A stretch of DNA of 61,523 nucleotides, the filler included. It is 12 parts of 12 records of this genome, joined end to end, with 100 filler letters (N's around TTAATTAATTAA, not from the genome) between each part and the next. Parts side by side here need not be neighbours in the genome. Positions count along the whole stretch, not along the records: positions 7,274 to 13,985 come from SRR7504441_3230; positions 14,086 to 17,838 come from SRR7504441_3231; positions 17,939 to 21,145 come from SRR7504441_3248; positions 21,246 to 27,798 come from SRR7504441_3249; 8 more parts are not named here. One strand, written 5' to 3'. A model generated the notes under the pieces. That model saw only the letters and a program-made list of their open reading frames with translations. It did not search any database and was not told the DNA's origin. The number at the start of each line of letters is the position of its first letter. Position 1 is the first letter of the stretch. Shown in pieces: positions 11,415-22,269 of the stretch. Position numbers and translations under genes: made by a program.

Positions 11415-13196
11415 ATGGTGTGCAAGACCAGCCCGGCCTCGATCAGCAGTAGCGGGGTGGTGCTGGGTGTGGCCCTGGCGGTGGGGATCGCGCTGGCCGT
11501 TGTCCCGCAGCACATCAAGCTGTGCCGGTGCCGGTCGATCGTTGGTCTCAGCATGCGCACGCTGTTGCTCCAGCAATGCCAGCAATACTCCAACCTACTC
11601 AACGACCTGATCATCCGCTGGCCGGTGCTCCGCCGCTGCGGGCTCCGGGCTGCCTGGTGCGCGCCCGACGAATTTATCAGCGTGGCCCAGCTGTTCGGCC
11701 AGTGGGCAGTGGTGGCCCCGCTGCTCCTGTACTACATCTGGCTCCATCCGGACCGCAAGCCCATCTCGCCGGCGCTCCAACCGCTCCAGCCCGCTCCTGA
11801 GCTGGCAGAAGCCCCTGGAATGAGCTATCCGGCCGCCTGCCGCGCGGCGCTCGCCTTTTGCGCCTACGCCGTGCTGGCGGGCCTGGCGGCCGGGCTGCTG
11901 CTGCGTTACGACGGCGAGTGCGGGCGGGGCACGCAGCTGTTTGCGGACGGGCTCGGGTACCTGTGCCCGGCGCTGGTGCTGGTGCAGTTCACGCCGCAGC
12001 TGGTGCTCACATACAGGACGGGCCGGGCGGGCGGACTGAGCGTGCTGATGCTCGCGCTGCAGGCCCCGGGCTCGGTGCTCTTTGCGGCGGTTCAGATCGT
12101 CCAGGGCAACGCAGTGTCTACATGGCTGGCCACGGCTGTGGCTGCAGTCCAGCTCTCTGCGATACTCTGCTTGCTGCTCTGGTTTGAGTGGCGCGAACGC
12201 CGGACCAGCCAGGTGTACTACTGCGCTTACGGGTGCCATCTGGACCGGGCGGCTCTAGCTGCCTGCGTGGGCCGGGTGCACGGCAGGCCGCAGCTGGTTA
12301 GGTTTGACGGGGTGGACAACAGTCTGATGTTCCTGGGCTTTAGGTCGGACGACGGGCAGCCCGGCCTGCAGCGGTCGGCTGTGCACCAAGGCGATCCGTC
12401 TGCTCAGGCACTCTGCTGGACGATCGATCAGTCGGCTGTTGATGCGCTCGACCGGTTTCACGGCCAGCGCGAACGGCACAGCTGGGAGCTGCGGGCAGGC
12501 GAGCAGGCCGACCCGATCAGCGCGCTGCTCTATCTGCCTAGCCAGGCCACCGAACAGCCTGAGCTGCTCCCGTCAGCAGAAGATATGGACCTGCTGCGCC
12601 GAGCGGCTAGCGAACATTTGGAGAGCCACTACGCAGGATGGTTGGCACGTCACCCTGACAGCGAATCGGGCCCAAGAGAGCATGCTGCGCTGTATGAGCC
12701 AGCTGACTCGCTGAGTGCGCATGCAGTCTTTGTGTATGGCTCCTTGAGGCCAGATGACGAGTCGCGAATGCCTTGGACTGTTGAATTTGTTGCAGACACC
12801 CAAACGGCGGCTGCCTATGTGACAGGGGCCCGGCTGTGTCGTGCCAATGGCTATGCATGCGTGTTGCTCTCTCCAGCGGCCCAGGATGGGGATTCTAGAA
12901 GCCCCTCCAGGGTCCAGGGCTTTCTTGTTAGTTGCAGCAGTCACGAACAGTTTGCAGACAAGCTTGCCTGTGCTAATGAGATCGAGGGGTACAAAGCGGA
13001 TGGAACAGGCTTATACGATCGAAGTGTGGTGATCGCACATCGAATAGAAGATGGGGCCCAGATTCAGGCCTACATTTACCATCGTCACATGCATGGTGAC
13101 TTGAAAATCGAAGAAGAGATTCCAAGTGGAGATTGGGTGGCTCATAATCGCACGAAGAGCTTAGATCGTGGTTTAGATGACATAAAACAACCATAA
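11415..13196 (+). CDS. PQ-loop transporter fused to two gamma-glutamylcyclotransferase-fold domains, intronless
   Basis: 593-aa ORF. Two PQ motifs (VVPQHIKL, FTPQLVLTYR..GGLS) lie in ~7 TM helices, followed by YCAYGCHLD (GGCT-like) and VFVYGSLR...EIEGY...LYDR...AYIY...IPSGDW (GGACT/AIG2-like). Confidence 0.8.
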   Translation: MVCKTSPASISSSGVVLGVALAVGIALAVVPQHIKLCRCRSIVGLSMRTLLLQQCQQYSNLLNDLIIRWPVLRRCGLRAAWCAPDEFISVAQLFGQWAVVAPLLLYYIWLHPDRKPISPALQPLQPAPELAEAPGMSYPAACRAALAFCAYAVLAGLAAGLLLRYDGECGRGTQLFADGLGYLCPALVLVQFTPQLVLTYRTGRAGGLSVLMLALQAPGSVLFAAVQIVQGNAVSTWLATAVAAVQLSAILCLLLWFEWRERRTSQVYYCAYGCHLDRAALAACVGRVHGRPQLVRFDGVDNSLMFLGFRSDDGQPGLQRSAVHQGDPSAQALCWTIDQSAVDALDRFHGQRERHSWELRAGEQADPISALLYLPSQATEQPELLPSAEDMDLLRRAASEHLESHYAGWLARHPDSESGPREHAALYEPADSLSAHAVFVYGSLRPDDESRMPWTVEFVADTQTAAAYVTGARLCRANGYACVLLSPAAQDGDSRSPSRVQGFLVSCSSHEQFADKLACANEIEGYKADGTGLYDRSVVIAHRIEDGAQIQAYIYHRHMHGDLKIEEEIPSGDWVAHNRTKSLDRGLDDIKQP

Positions 13197-13357
13197 AACA
13201 ACCGAAATAGAGACAGCTGCTCTATTACATCAAATAATTACTGCCAGTGTGCCTGAGAGGGCCTCTCCTCCAATCCTGGTGCAACGTGAGCACGAACACG
13301 CGGATCAAACGGCAGAGAACGGTGCCTCTGCGGCACCCGAGCAAACGATCCACACAC

Positions 13358-13627
13358 ATGTTCGTCACGGTCGCATCGGTTCTTCTGGCAGCGGCAGTCG
13401 CCGCGCCCACCCTCACCGACCCTGCACAGCCGCATCTCGCTCAAGCTTGGCAGGCCGAGTCCACCGGCGACGGCCTGCCGGGCCAGACCGGCCTCGAGTC
13501 GTACCTGTATCAACCCGGCAAAGAGAACGATGGCACCATGCGCGCCCACAAGTGGGACTATGGTGCGGACAACTGCATCAAGTATGAGATCGATTCCCGA
13601 ATCATCATGACATTGTACACTAATTAG
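13358..13627 (+). pseudogene. Truncated secreted protein (N-terminal fragment only)
   Basis: Signal peptide MFVTVASVLLAAAVAA, then GC3-rich coding sequence that switches abruptly to AT-rich non-coding-like DNA after ...CIKYEIDS. Confidence 0.45.
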
Positions 13628-13985
13628 CACGTGGCAATTATGTCCATAGTAGCTGCGGAGCAATGACGGAGATAGACAAGTAAATCGCATTGTATGTATA
13701 TTTGATATCTAACTTGTTAACCTCCAATTGCGTCTAGTGAACATTAAGTGAACATTGTCGTACGTACGAGTACTCGTAATAATTATGAGGGACGGTACCG
13801 GTCGTGTACAGTCGACGTGTACATGTTATGTACATGTACGGGTAACGGGGCTTCGGGCAGTTCTAGGCAGTTCGGCGCCGGACGGTATAGGCCGGCGGTC
13901 AGGCTTGGGCGAGGGCGAGCCTCATAGGTTTTTTTTCCGTTGCGCCATGTATTAATTGTGATCTGGGAGTCAGACATGAGGTGAT

Positions 13986-14085
13986 NNNNNNNNNNNNNNN
14001 NNNNNNNNNNNNNNNNNNNNNNNNNNNNNTTAATTAATTAANNNNNNNNNNNNNNNNNNNNNNNNNNNNNNNNNNNNNNNNNNNN
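13986..14085. other. Artificial contig spacer
   Basis: N44-TTAATTAATTAA-N44. Confidence 0.98.
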
Positions 14086-14201
14086 TTCAGTTTTGTAAGA
14101 TGTGTTTTGTAAGATAGTAAGATGTGGTGACTATCCTCACCCGCGTGCTGACCTCAGTACTGTAGCACTTGCGTCTCAGCCCCGGCCCAAACTTGGCAAA
14201 A

Positions 14202-15798
14202 ATGCCCCGAGTGATGAGGGCGGTGCGAGGCGGCGCCGCAGCTGCCCAGCGGGGGCGTCAGCTGGCGCGGGGGATCGGGCTGATCGGACCGGCGGACGAC
14301 GTGCTGGCCTCGCTGCTCGGCTGGCTGCGTGTGGGCGGGCTCCGGCTGGCCGAGCGGGTCTGCCGCCGGTGGCGCGAGGTGATTGCCGGATACAAGCTCT
14401 GGCCGGCGCTGATCGCCAGGACCCCGGGCCTGCCCCCGGAAGTGGGCTCCAAGCAGCAGCTCCGCGATCACTTTCTGGCCCGCAGGTCGGCTGGGGCCGC
14501 CGGGTTCGCCAGCAAGATGATCAAAGCGGGGCACGTCGGGATGGCCCGCAAGCGCCCGCAGCCTCGGCTGGCCCGGCTGGCCCAGCTCGCCAAAGCGCTC
14601 GATCTTACCTGCATCGGCCTGGAGTGGGGCGCCTCGGACGGACCGGTGGCCGGCCAGGATCTGCCGGCCGCCGCTCTGGCGGTTGGGCGCGCCGCGCTGC
14701 ACGTGTGGCTGCCACCGCCGCTGAGGGCCGCTCTCGGACCCGACTCGCACCTCTGGCTGGTGCTCCGCTCGCGAGCAGTCGGAGGCTCGGCTCGGATCTG
14801 CGTCGGCGCGCCCCCGTGGCGGCAGCTTGAGGCCAAGGCGGTGTGCCTGCAGCAGGGCTCGTCTGGCGGCGCCAGCACCGTGGCTGTGGGAGTGGACGCG
14901 CAGTCCGTTTCGAGCCTGACGGTGCATGGCACGGCCGGCCAGCCGAGAGGGCAGGGCAGATTGGTGTCGGGATTCCGGAGCTGATTGAGGCGTTTGCACC
15001 AAAGTTGGTCGCACAGCAACTCCCTCCAGACCTGGAGCTGGATGGCCGGTCGCGAGGGCTGCACGGGTATGCGGCGCTGGTCGAGCTGCGGCTGGCCGGA
15101 TGCAAGCAGGTGGCTGCCCGTGATGCCGTCTGATGAGCCGTGTGGCAGCCGGGAGTTCGGCAGCCTAGCTCGCTGTGGTGGGAGCTGTTCAGTGGCCTGA
15201 GTTGGGACCCAAAGGCCTCCAGCAGGGCTGCGGCTGTGATCCCGCTCGTGCGAGGCCAGGACATGTGCCCGCCACTGAGCACCGACGGTGTGCCTGGGCT
15301 CGCGTGGCAGACTGAAGCGTTCTCGGGGTATGGCAAGCCCGCTCAGGAGGTGAGTGTGTGGCAGGTGTGCAGCGGGACTGGTCTGTATGGATGTCGCACT
15401 GCTCGATGAGGCTTCGGGAGTGGTGCTGTGGCAGGCGTCCCAGGTGACTTCGAGAGGCGCCGGCGAGCTAACGGTGCGGGCTAGGTCTGCTCTCTGAACG
15501 GCACCGTCGGTGGGCTGGGATGGAGCACCGATTATGAGCTTGAAGGCGAGGCACTCGAACCGCGACAGCTCACTCTAGAGGGTGACGGGGTGCAGCTCCA
15601 GTGTGTTATCGGTCAGTTTCAGTGTGATGGTCAGAAGAAACCAGCTTGAGCGGCTGTGTGATGTTTGCAGGGCTACCGCGAGGAAAGGGTGGGGGCAGCA
15701 CTTGCAGACTCTTTACGTCATCAATCATTGTCACGACACCGACCATCAAAGACTGGTTTGGGCTCATCCCCGAAGACATCCGAGCGTTGCCCTGCTGA
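14202..15798 (+). CDS. F-box protein, FBXO15-like, ~5 introns
   Basis: F-box PADDVLASLLGWL...AERVCRRWREVIAGYKLW. The spliced C-terminus GLHGYAALVEL, LAWQTEAFSG|CAAGLVCMDVALLDE and IKDWFG resembles FBXO15. Stop TGA at 15796-15798. Confidence 0.65.
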
Positions 15799-16089
15799 CT
15801 CGTTGTGTTTTGTCATTTCATCACGCATATGCGACTAAAATGCAACACCGTCAAACTTGTACCGTACTACGTACTAAGTCTTGAATGACATTGTGTATAG
15901 TAATATTATAGTAAAAAATTCGATTATTGTAAGAATTGAGAGCACATGTTTGAACACTTGCTTGTATTGCTCAATACGTATTCAGCGTCAGTCACATCCT
16001 TTTCACTATGCGAGTATAATCAGATTTATTTTAATTAAAAGACTTGGAGCCCTTGAACTAGTTACCTCTCTTGAAAGCTGATCAAATCA

Positions 16090-17488
16090 TTAGGTAAAGT
16101 CGTAATCATAGTCTTCATGATCGCTCAGTAGCTGATCTGATTTGAATAATGATTCTTGCAACTCTTTCCATGCCGAAGATATTGCAGGGTCTACTTCATT
16201 TGGATCACTAGTCGATCCAGCTGTTGCAGAGTCCGTTTTGCTTGCTTTCAGGTCAAGAAAGTTCATCACATCACTAGCTGATGGCTGACCCTTCTTTTGG
16301 TTGAAGTAATTCGAGCCTCCCAGAACAGGTTTTGCTTGAGACACTAAGCTCAAGATCCCATTTGCATCCCCATTCCGATGCATTCGGAAATACCCGTTTT
16401 CACCCCAGTTCTTTCCAGCACTATTCTTCAAAATCCAATGTGGGTCAGAGCCATCCTCCTTCTCGCCCCATCCCACCAGTACCACTGCGTGGTCTACAGC
16501 CTCAAAGTCATTTTTGACCGACTCCTCCCCAGTCTGAAGGAAAATTCCAGTGTCATAGTGCAATAGCTCGTAGCCGCCACTGAGGCCTACAGTGACTGGG
16601 CCATTGTCAAACACCTCGCGCATCACTTGCGCGGTTGTTGTATCTCCATAATAGCCGCCGACATAGCCGTACTCCTTGACACGTACGTATGCGTTCCCAG
16701 CCTCAGTTTTGCCATCCTCAGCTGAGGCAGCGTCGCCAAGCTCCTTAAGCGACCGCAATTTTTGTGCTGATTTAGCGCAGGAGTCGTCCTTGGTCAACCC
16801 AAACTCCTGAGCATACTTCTCGACAAGGAACGGGAAACCACCAGCACAACCCTGGGAGTACCTGTTGCATTGGAGTACTTGCTGCCATCCTAGCTGAGGT
16901 TTGACGCGATTTTTCGTCAAAATTCGGACGCGAGAGTTGATCATGCTAGTTGCAGCTACTGCGTAGCAGCTGCCACAGGCGCCTTGATCCACGACCTCGT
17001 CCATATAGTTCTGCCCATCTTTGCTTCGCCAGTCAAAGTTTTTCGGGATGTCGCTCGTGTCAATCTGAATCAGGGAGTCCTGTTGTGGACGAAGGCCATT
17101 GAACGCGTTGCGTGTCGGCTTGTAGCCACTCCGTAGCTGTAGCTCGTGCATTGTCTTCCCGACATACTCAGGGTACACTTTCGCACGCCAGGATTTCTGA
17201 GCTGTGTTCATTCGGATCGGATAGCACCACCGTGACCCGCTGCGTTACGTCGAACTTGGGCGAGCCGAGTACTTTGTTGGTGTAACATGCACCGTAGAAG
17301 CAGGCGCGCGAGTTCTCCGGCTTCTTGTTGCACACCAGGTCCTTGGACTGGTTGGCCGTGCTCATGGCGAATTCCCAGGTGCCTTTGATGGTGTGGTGCG
17401 GGCAGTGCACAGGCAGGTCCGCCACCCCGCCCTGCGCCACCGCCCACAGCCACAGCGCCACAGCCCGCCCCGCGGAACTGGGCCCCAT
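16090..17488 (-). pseudogene. CTSC: Cathepsin C (dipeptidyl peptidase I) with an internal deletion/frameshift at ~17211
   Basis: One frame has a signal peptide, DLPVHC..IKGTWEF and VVLSDPN (exclusion-domain start). Another frame has NTAQKSWRA, QGACGSCY, YSQGCAGGFP, DHAV and KNS.G..WGENGYFR. The two frames abut with no intron between them. Confidence 0.8.
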
Positions 17489-17838
17489 CTTGGTGAATCT
17501 CCTGATTCTCCTCAGCACACCAATCTCGTCACGATGTCTTGACGGGATCAGACACTCACAGGAGGCGCGGCGTGCCTGCTGCACTCGTACGTCCATCGCT
17601 TCGGTCGCGTGGGAAAGGCGCTCGGCCGCAAGCCGTCGCAGCGCCGGCGGCCGTGCTAGATTACAGCACAGCTCGTGACGTTCTCAGCCTGGAGTGCCCC
17701 ACCAGACTATGCATCAGACATCTACCGCCGCCTTACGGCCTTTTAAAAGTTGAGCACAACGTCGGCAACGTTAACCTGGAAGCCGCGCGTGTACTGCAGG
17801 TGTACTGGCGTATTATAATCATGATCAGTGTTCATTAA

Positions 17839-17938
17839 NNNNNNNNNNNNNNNNNNNNNNNNNNNNNNNNNNNNNNNNNNNNTTAATTAATTAANNNNNN
17901 NNNNNNNNNNNNNNNNNNNNNNNNNNNNNNNNNNNNNN
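17839..17938. other. Artificial contig spacer
   Basis: N44-TTAATTAATTAA-N44. Confidence 0.98.
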
Positions 17939-18167
17939 GACTGGCTGCGGAGGAGCAGGTTACAACTAGCTAGTTACATGTAGTGGGAGTGTGGGGCCTT
18001 TGACCTACCTTTGACCTTTATTTGAATAAAGGAATAAAATAAGAATAAAAGCCGTTCCCGAGTCATGTAAATTAAGAATAAAAATCATGTAAATTAACGT
18101 GTAAATCACAAGATTCAACATCCAACAATCATATTGGTTCCCACTGTACTCGGACCTACTCCGTAGG

Positions 18168-21145
18168 TCATCGCTGACTGGGGTTCTCCTCCTTATATTG
18201 TGAATAGGACTTAGCATTCTCCTCCAAGAAGAAAGTACCAACCTTTTGAAAGAAACTCTCAATTTCTTTGACGGAAGTTCGGATGAGGGCCTACAAACCA
18301 TTAATTAGTCGGGCTGTGGCACAGAGCATACTCACCTTGCCAGTTGCCACTTGATGCCGAAGATCCTGCTGCTGCAACTGAGCATGATCGCTCCGGATAC
18401 TCTGAATGGAACAATCAGCCAGGCCCAAGTCACGTATTGATGCCTGACTCTGTTTCTGGACACTGAGCGCCTGCTTCTTGAGCTTTGCCCTCTTGGCAGC
18501 TTCATGCTCCATATTTCGAACATGGTCCCTCTCTCTTTCCTTAAATGCGGCAATCTCTCGTTGGAATAGTACAGCCTGTGATCATACTGTTTTCAAGCAG
18601 GCAGGCACACAACAGTGACCTTCCACGTTTGAAAGCAGCGCATCTTATGGGCCCCAGAGTGATTTCTGCAAGCCTAATCAGCATTGTCGCAATCATGCGC
18701 ACCGGAAGAAGGCGTACACGGCATTTCCAGCCCCCCGCCAATGCCGCTGGCTCAGCAAGTGCTTGGCCCTTTTGTACTTGTCATTCAGATGAGATAAGTC
18801 AGCTTGAGCCTCGGCATACATCTTCTGCGAAGTTTCTAGGTGGGCATCATTTTCGTTCTTGACAGACAATGCCTGTATGGCAAGCTCGCTTTTAATGCGA
18901 CTGCGAAGGGGTGTGCACCTGAGCCAATTCGCTCTTGACTTTTGCCACTTCCTCATCAAAGCCCTGCATGTTGGTTGCGAGCTCGCGTTCCTAACAATTA
19001 CACAATGAAATTATACTGAAGCAGATTATGACCTTCTCTTGCAGTTCATGCTTATGTAAACTTTCCTGCAGCTGCAATTGCTCTTCCAACCTGCAGATAA
19101 GCAATCAGCATAGTACAGTGACCAGCTTCTGAGCTTATAGAGGGTCTCTATCTATGGGAAGTTGGGTAGGTGCACGACTGCACAGACAGCAGACTGACTG
19201 GTTTGCCCAAGGGCCAGCGGAGAAGAGTGAGTGCTTTGTTGCTATGACACAATTCGCAATAGGAGTTTCATGTCAGTCCATACTTTTTTGAAATGTCCTG
19301 AGCGTCGGCGAGCTCTTGTTTTGTCGACTCTTCGTTGGAAGCCTGTGCCTTTTTAATCTCCTCCAGTTCTGAAACCTCTGCCTGAACCCTTTCTAACTCT
19401 ACATCATGCTGCTGCTTTGCAGCTGCCAAACTTTCTTTCATGACCTGATGTTCTTGCTGTAGTTTGACAAGATCCTCATTTCTTTTGTCCAGTTCAGACA
19501 TCATCTGATCTTGCACACCCTCAGATTCCTTCCTCTCGATTCTGAGCAACCCTTGTGAATCCTCCAGTTCCCGCTTGAGGCCACTCGCAGTCTTTTCAAG
19601 CTCAGCAATCCTTTCATTGAAGTTTGCAATTTCCTCCAGATGCTTATTCACTTGAGTTTGAGCATCGTTTTCAGCCTTTTTGCTGTTTGCTTCTTGAGCC
19701 TCAAGTGTGGCATCCTTACTTGCAGCATCAGCCTCGAGGCTCTGTACCTTGCCTTCGAGCTCCGTTAACTTTCTAGAAGTAGTTGTAAGTCGTTGCTCTG
19801 CATCTTGGGCTGCCTTAGCACCACTATCTTGCTCCATTACTAATTTGCTTCTCACTTCTGCTATTTCTTTTTCGTGCCCTTCGATGGTGCCCTGCGCTTC
19901 CTTCATCGCTTGTCGGTTACTTTCGTCCAGCACCTCCATTGCTGCCTTCTTTGTCACCACATCAGCCTCTAGATCCTTCACCTTGCCCTCCAGACTTGCT
20001 ATCTCCATTACATGGGATGAGATTGTATTGGCATGTTCTGCGAGTGCTGTTTGAGCCTGTTGTGCTGCATCATTACTACTCGCCTCTTGCGAATGCAATC
20101 GACTTTCCATCGCAGCCACAGCAGCCTCTAATTCCTGCACTTGGCTAGAAATAGCTTTGATTTCGCGTTCCTTTTCTGCTATTATATTCTGTGCCTCATA
20201 CTGTGCTTGAGCCGATTCCATTGCACTGGTTTCATGGCACGACAGGGCCTCTTCCCTGGTTGAAACTTCGCCTTCTAGGTCGCGTATTCTATTTTCCAAA
20301 TTTGCCATCTCCATTACATGTGCAGCAATGGTGCTTTGGGCCTCTTGCACTTTGTTTGCTGCTTCAGTACTTGATGTCTGATATGACTGCAGTGCGGCGT
20401 CCTTTGCAGCAGCTTCAGTCTCCATGCCACGGACCTTTGATTCAAGATCCCAAATATTACGTTGAAGATCTTCAATCTGTATGCTTTTGTCTGAGAGAGA
20501 CTGCTGTGCGGTTTGCAGCTGCTGAGAATTTGTTTGCTCTGACCTCTGCATGCTTTCAAGATTCTGCCTCAGGTCTGATTCTTTTTGCTTCAGAGAAAGA
20601 ACTTCCACCTTGGCAGCTGCACAATCTTCATGGACCTGCTCGAGTTCTGCCTCGGTTGATGCCTTCATGACCATATTTTCCTCCCCAAGGTCCATGCATT
20701 CCTGTTGCTTCCTGCTCATGTCCACTTTCAGAGCATCCAACTCACCTCGCAATGTTTTGATTGATAGCTCGCTCTGAGCTTCAACTTGAACCACTCTGCC
20801 AAGATGTTGTAATTAGAGCCCCATCATCAAAGGCTCGGGCCCTAAAGAGATCATGACAACCAATTGACAAGTCAGCCTCAGTTCATGACGACGACACCGA
20901 GGACTCAGATTAGTACTCAGGACAGTCAGGACTTTGGTATGGCACAGTGCACACAGATGGGGTGCAGAGGCTGGACAGTGCACAATGAATGGGCTATATA
21001 TATAGTATTGATGTGTGAATGCTTATGGCGGAGGAGAGGCCTGTGTTCAAGCTCAGTGAGTTCCCGAGTTTTGGAGTCGAGTAGATCAGTTATCTTGTGC
21101 AGCTCTGTCCTTGAGCTGGACTGCAGCGCCAGGTTCTCCTTCTCG
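18168..21145 (-). CDS. Long coiled-coil protein with ~49-aa degenerate repeats, 5'-partial
   Basis: The 508-aa heptad exon (19268-20794 ORF) splices to several short downstream exons through GT-AG introns, ending at TGA 18168. Repeats include AQSTIAAHVMEMANLE and HANTISSHVMEIASLE. Confidence 0.7.
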
Positions 21146-21245
21146 NNNNNNNNNNNNNNNNNNNNNNNNNNNNNNNNNNNNNNNNNNNNTTAATTAATTA
21201 ANNNNNNNNNNNNNNNNNNNNNNNNNNNNNNNNNNNNNNNNNNNN
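21146..21245. other. Artificial contig spacer
   Basis: N44-TTAATTAATTAA-N44. Confidence 0.98.
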
Positions 21246-21966
21246 GTTCAAGGAGAAGCAGATCCTCGGACTTCAAAACCAGTGCTCACAGCTACATACT
21301 GCTAACAAGAAACTCCGTGGGCAAATGGAGACAATGGTCACTAGTCAAGGCCGTGTGATCTGCAGAGCCACAGAAGTCTCCAGTACTATGAATTTACTAG
21401 ATCTCAAAGCGTTTGGTCAAGTGCTGCAGACTCAGTTTGGCAGTTCACCATCAAATCCACCTGATCCTGTGATGATCCGACATTTGAAGGATGAGATGCG
21501 CCAAGAGCTTGGACTGCTGCTGGTCCACCCTTTGCAGGCCCGCTCCAAGCCAGAGCAAGAAGCCATGGAGGGTTTGCTTGAGGTCATTGCCAGAGTTTTC
21601 TTTGCTAGCCAGCAGAGCGATACTACCTCCATACAACGTGAATTGAAGCGATATCAAGAGCTTGAATCCCATCTGGCTAGCAATGCAGGTTTGCCTGGTG
21701 GAGATTTTGATGCTGCATTCAGAAAGCTCTTGCAGCAGCTGTCCGAGAGTGAGGCCACAGTGTCAAAGCAGAAGTCTCAACTCAGCGAGCTTGAGGAGAG
21801 TTACACCAGAGCTCGACGGGCCGCTTCCAAAGCCTCCCAACCAACACACAAAGATGCCAACCAAGCCGCTCCAGAGCCACAGAAGGAGGAGACAGAGCCA
21901 AAGGCCGAGCCAGAGGCCGAGCCAGAGGAACCTGCGGAAGATGCAGATGATGCACTTGATATTTAA
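21246..21966 (+). CDS. C-terminal part of a coiled-coil protein, 5'-partial
   Basis: Frame is open from the contig edge to TAA at 21966; heptad-rich with an acidic EP-repeat tail. Confidence 0.6.
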
Positions 21967-22269
21967 ATCACGCCTTGCAACTAGCGAGCAGAAAAATTCC
22001 AGGCACTTTGAACATTTATTCAAGTAAACGATGTATAGTTTCTATTTTGCGCTCAAGCTTTTTGGTGGAATATTTGGAGGTCATATAAGTACATAAATTA
22101 ATTTATTAGAAAGTCGGAGCCGGTCTTTTATTACAAGTATACGAGTACAAGTAATTTGATATTCATAACAAGAATTTCAAGCTACGATCCGGACCGACAC
22201 ATGTACACTTTGCGCCCCGGCCTCTGGACAAGCCTAGGACAAGCCCGCGACCCATCATCGACTGACCTG

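Noticed and set aside
21350-21560. Further GC/GA-donor introns in the coiled-coil gene (and at ~46600-46655)
   Set aside because: They are in-frame and stop-free, with GT or no-intron alternatives, so they cannot be decided without transcripts.
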